A DNA stretch of 62,249 nucleotides, counting the filler, from Kipferlia bialata (Eukaryota), in the NCBI GenBank assembly GCA_003568945.1. It is 4 parts of 3 records of this genome, joined end to end, with 100 filler letters (N's around TTAATTAATTAA, not from the genome) between each part and the next. Parts side by side here need not be neighbours in the genome. Positions count along the whole stretch, not along the records: positions 48,546 to 62,249 come from BDIP01000205.1; 3 more parts are not named here. One strand, 5' to 3'. The stretch's first letter is position 1; each line of letters opens with the position of its first letter. Positions 62,193-62,249 of this stretch are shown piece after piece. The notes under the pieces were generated by a model, which worked only from the letters and a program-made list of their open reading frames with translations, was not told the DNA's origin and did not search any database. The position numbers were made by a program, and so were the translations under genes.

Positions 62193-62249
62193 CTGGGTGA
62201 GGGGAGGAGAGGCAGAGGGGGGGGGGGGGGGGGCAAACAGAAAAACCAC

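Noticed and set aside
1..62249. tRNA, rRNA, snRNA genes and transposase/reverse-transcriptase ORFs
   Set aside because: None recognised by inspection; divergent ncRNAs cannot be excluded without a covariance-model search.

Overview
Eukaryotic, gene-dense and very intron-rich genomic DNA. It is at least four separate contigs/scaffolds joined by artificial 100-nt N44-TTAATTAATTAA-N44 linkers (26494, 37074, 48446), plus one 594-N scaffold gap, so adjacency across linkers means nothing. Short GT-AG introns with the branch point fused to the acceptor, (GA)n/ERERE-rich proteins and a GcvT with a very short organellar presequence suggest an anaerobic fornicate/metamonad protist such as Kipferlia; this is inferred, not verified. 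Manual splicing gives: an RCC1-like fragment, a 12-intron Old Yellow Enzyme with an Fe-S tail, a giant polycystin-1-like REJ/GPS adhesion protein, an 11-exon HSPA12-type Hsp70/coiled-coil/MIF4G fusion head-to-head with an intact-motif HSPA12 paralogue, a large low-complexity gene, a kelch-like protein, a PapA5/condensation-type acyltransferase, GcvT, a degenerate kinesin, a PH protein, a GPATCH1-like protein, ATAD5/Elg1 and the 3' end of leucyl-tRNA synthetase. Most striking unexplained signals: (1) about a dozen introns contain a second copy ('echo') of the neighbouring exon end or start, usually with its splice site, separated by AT-rich filler, and in one intron the acceptor itself is the duplicated exon end, pointing to an active duplication/intron-generating process; (2) the Hsp70-eIF4G-like fusion; (3) a triple alternating-palindrome intergenic motif found twice with compensatory changes. 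All gene models and family calls were made by eye without searches.
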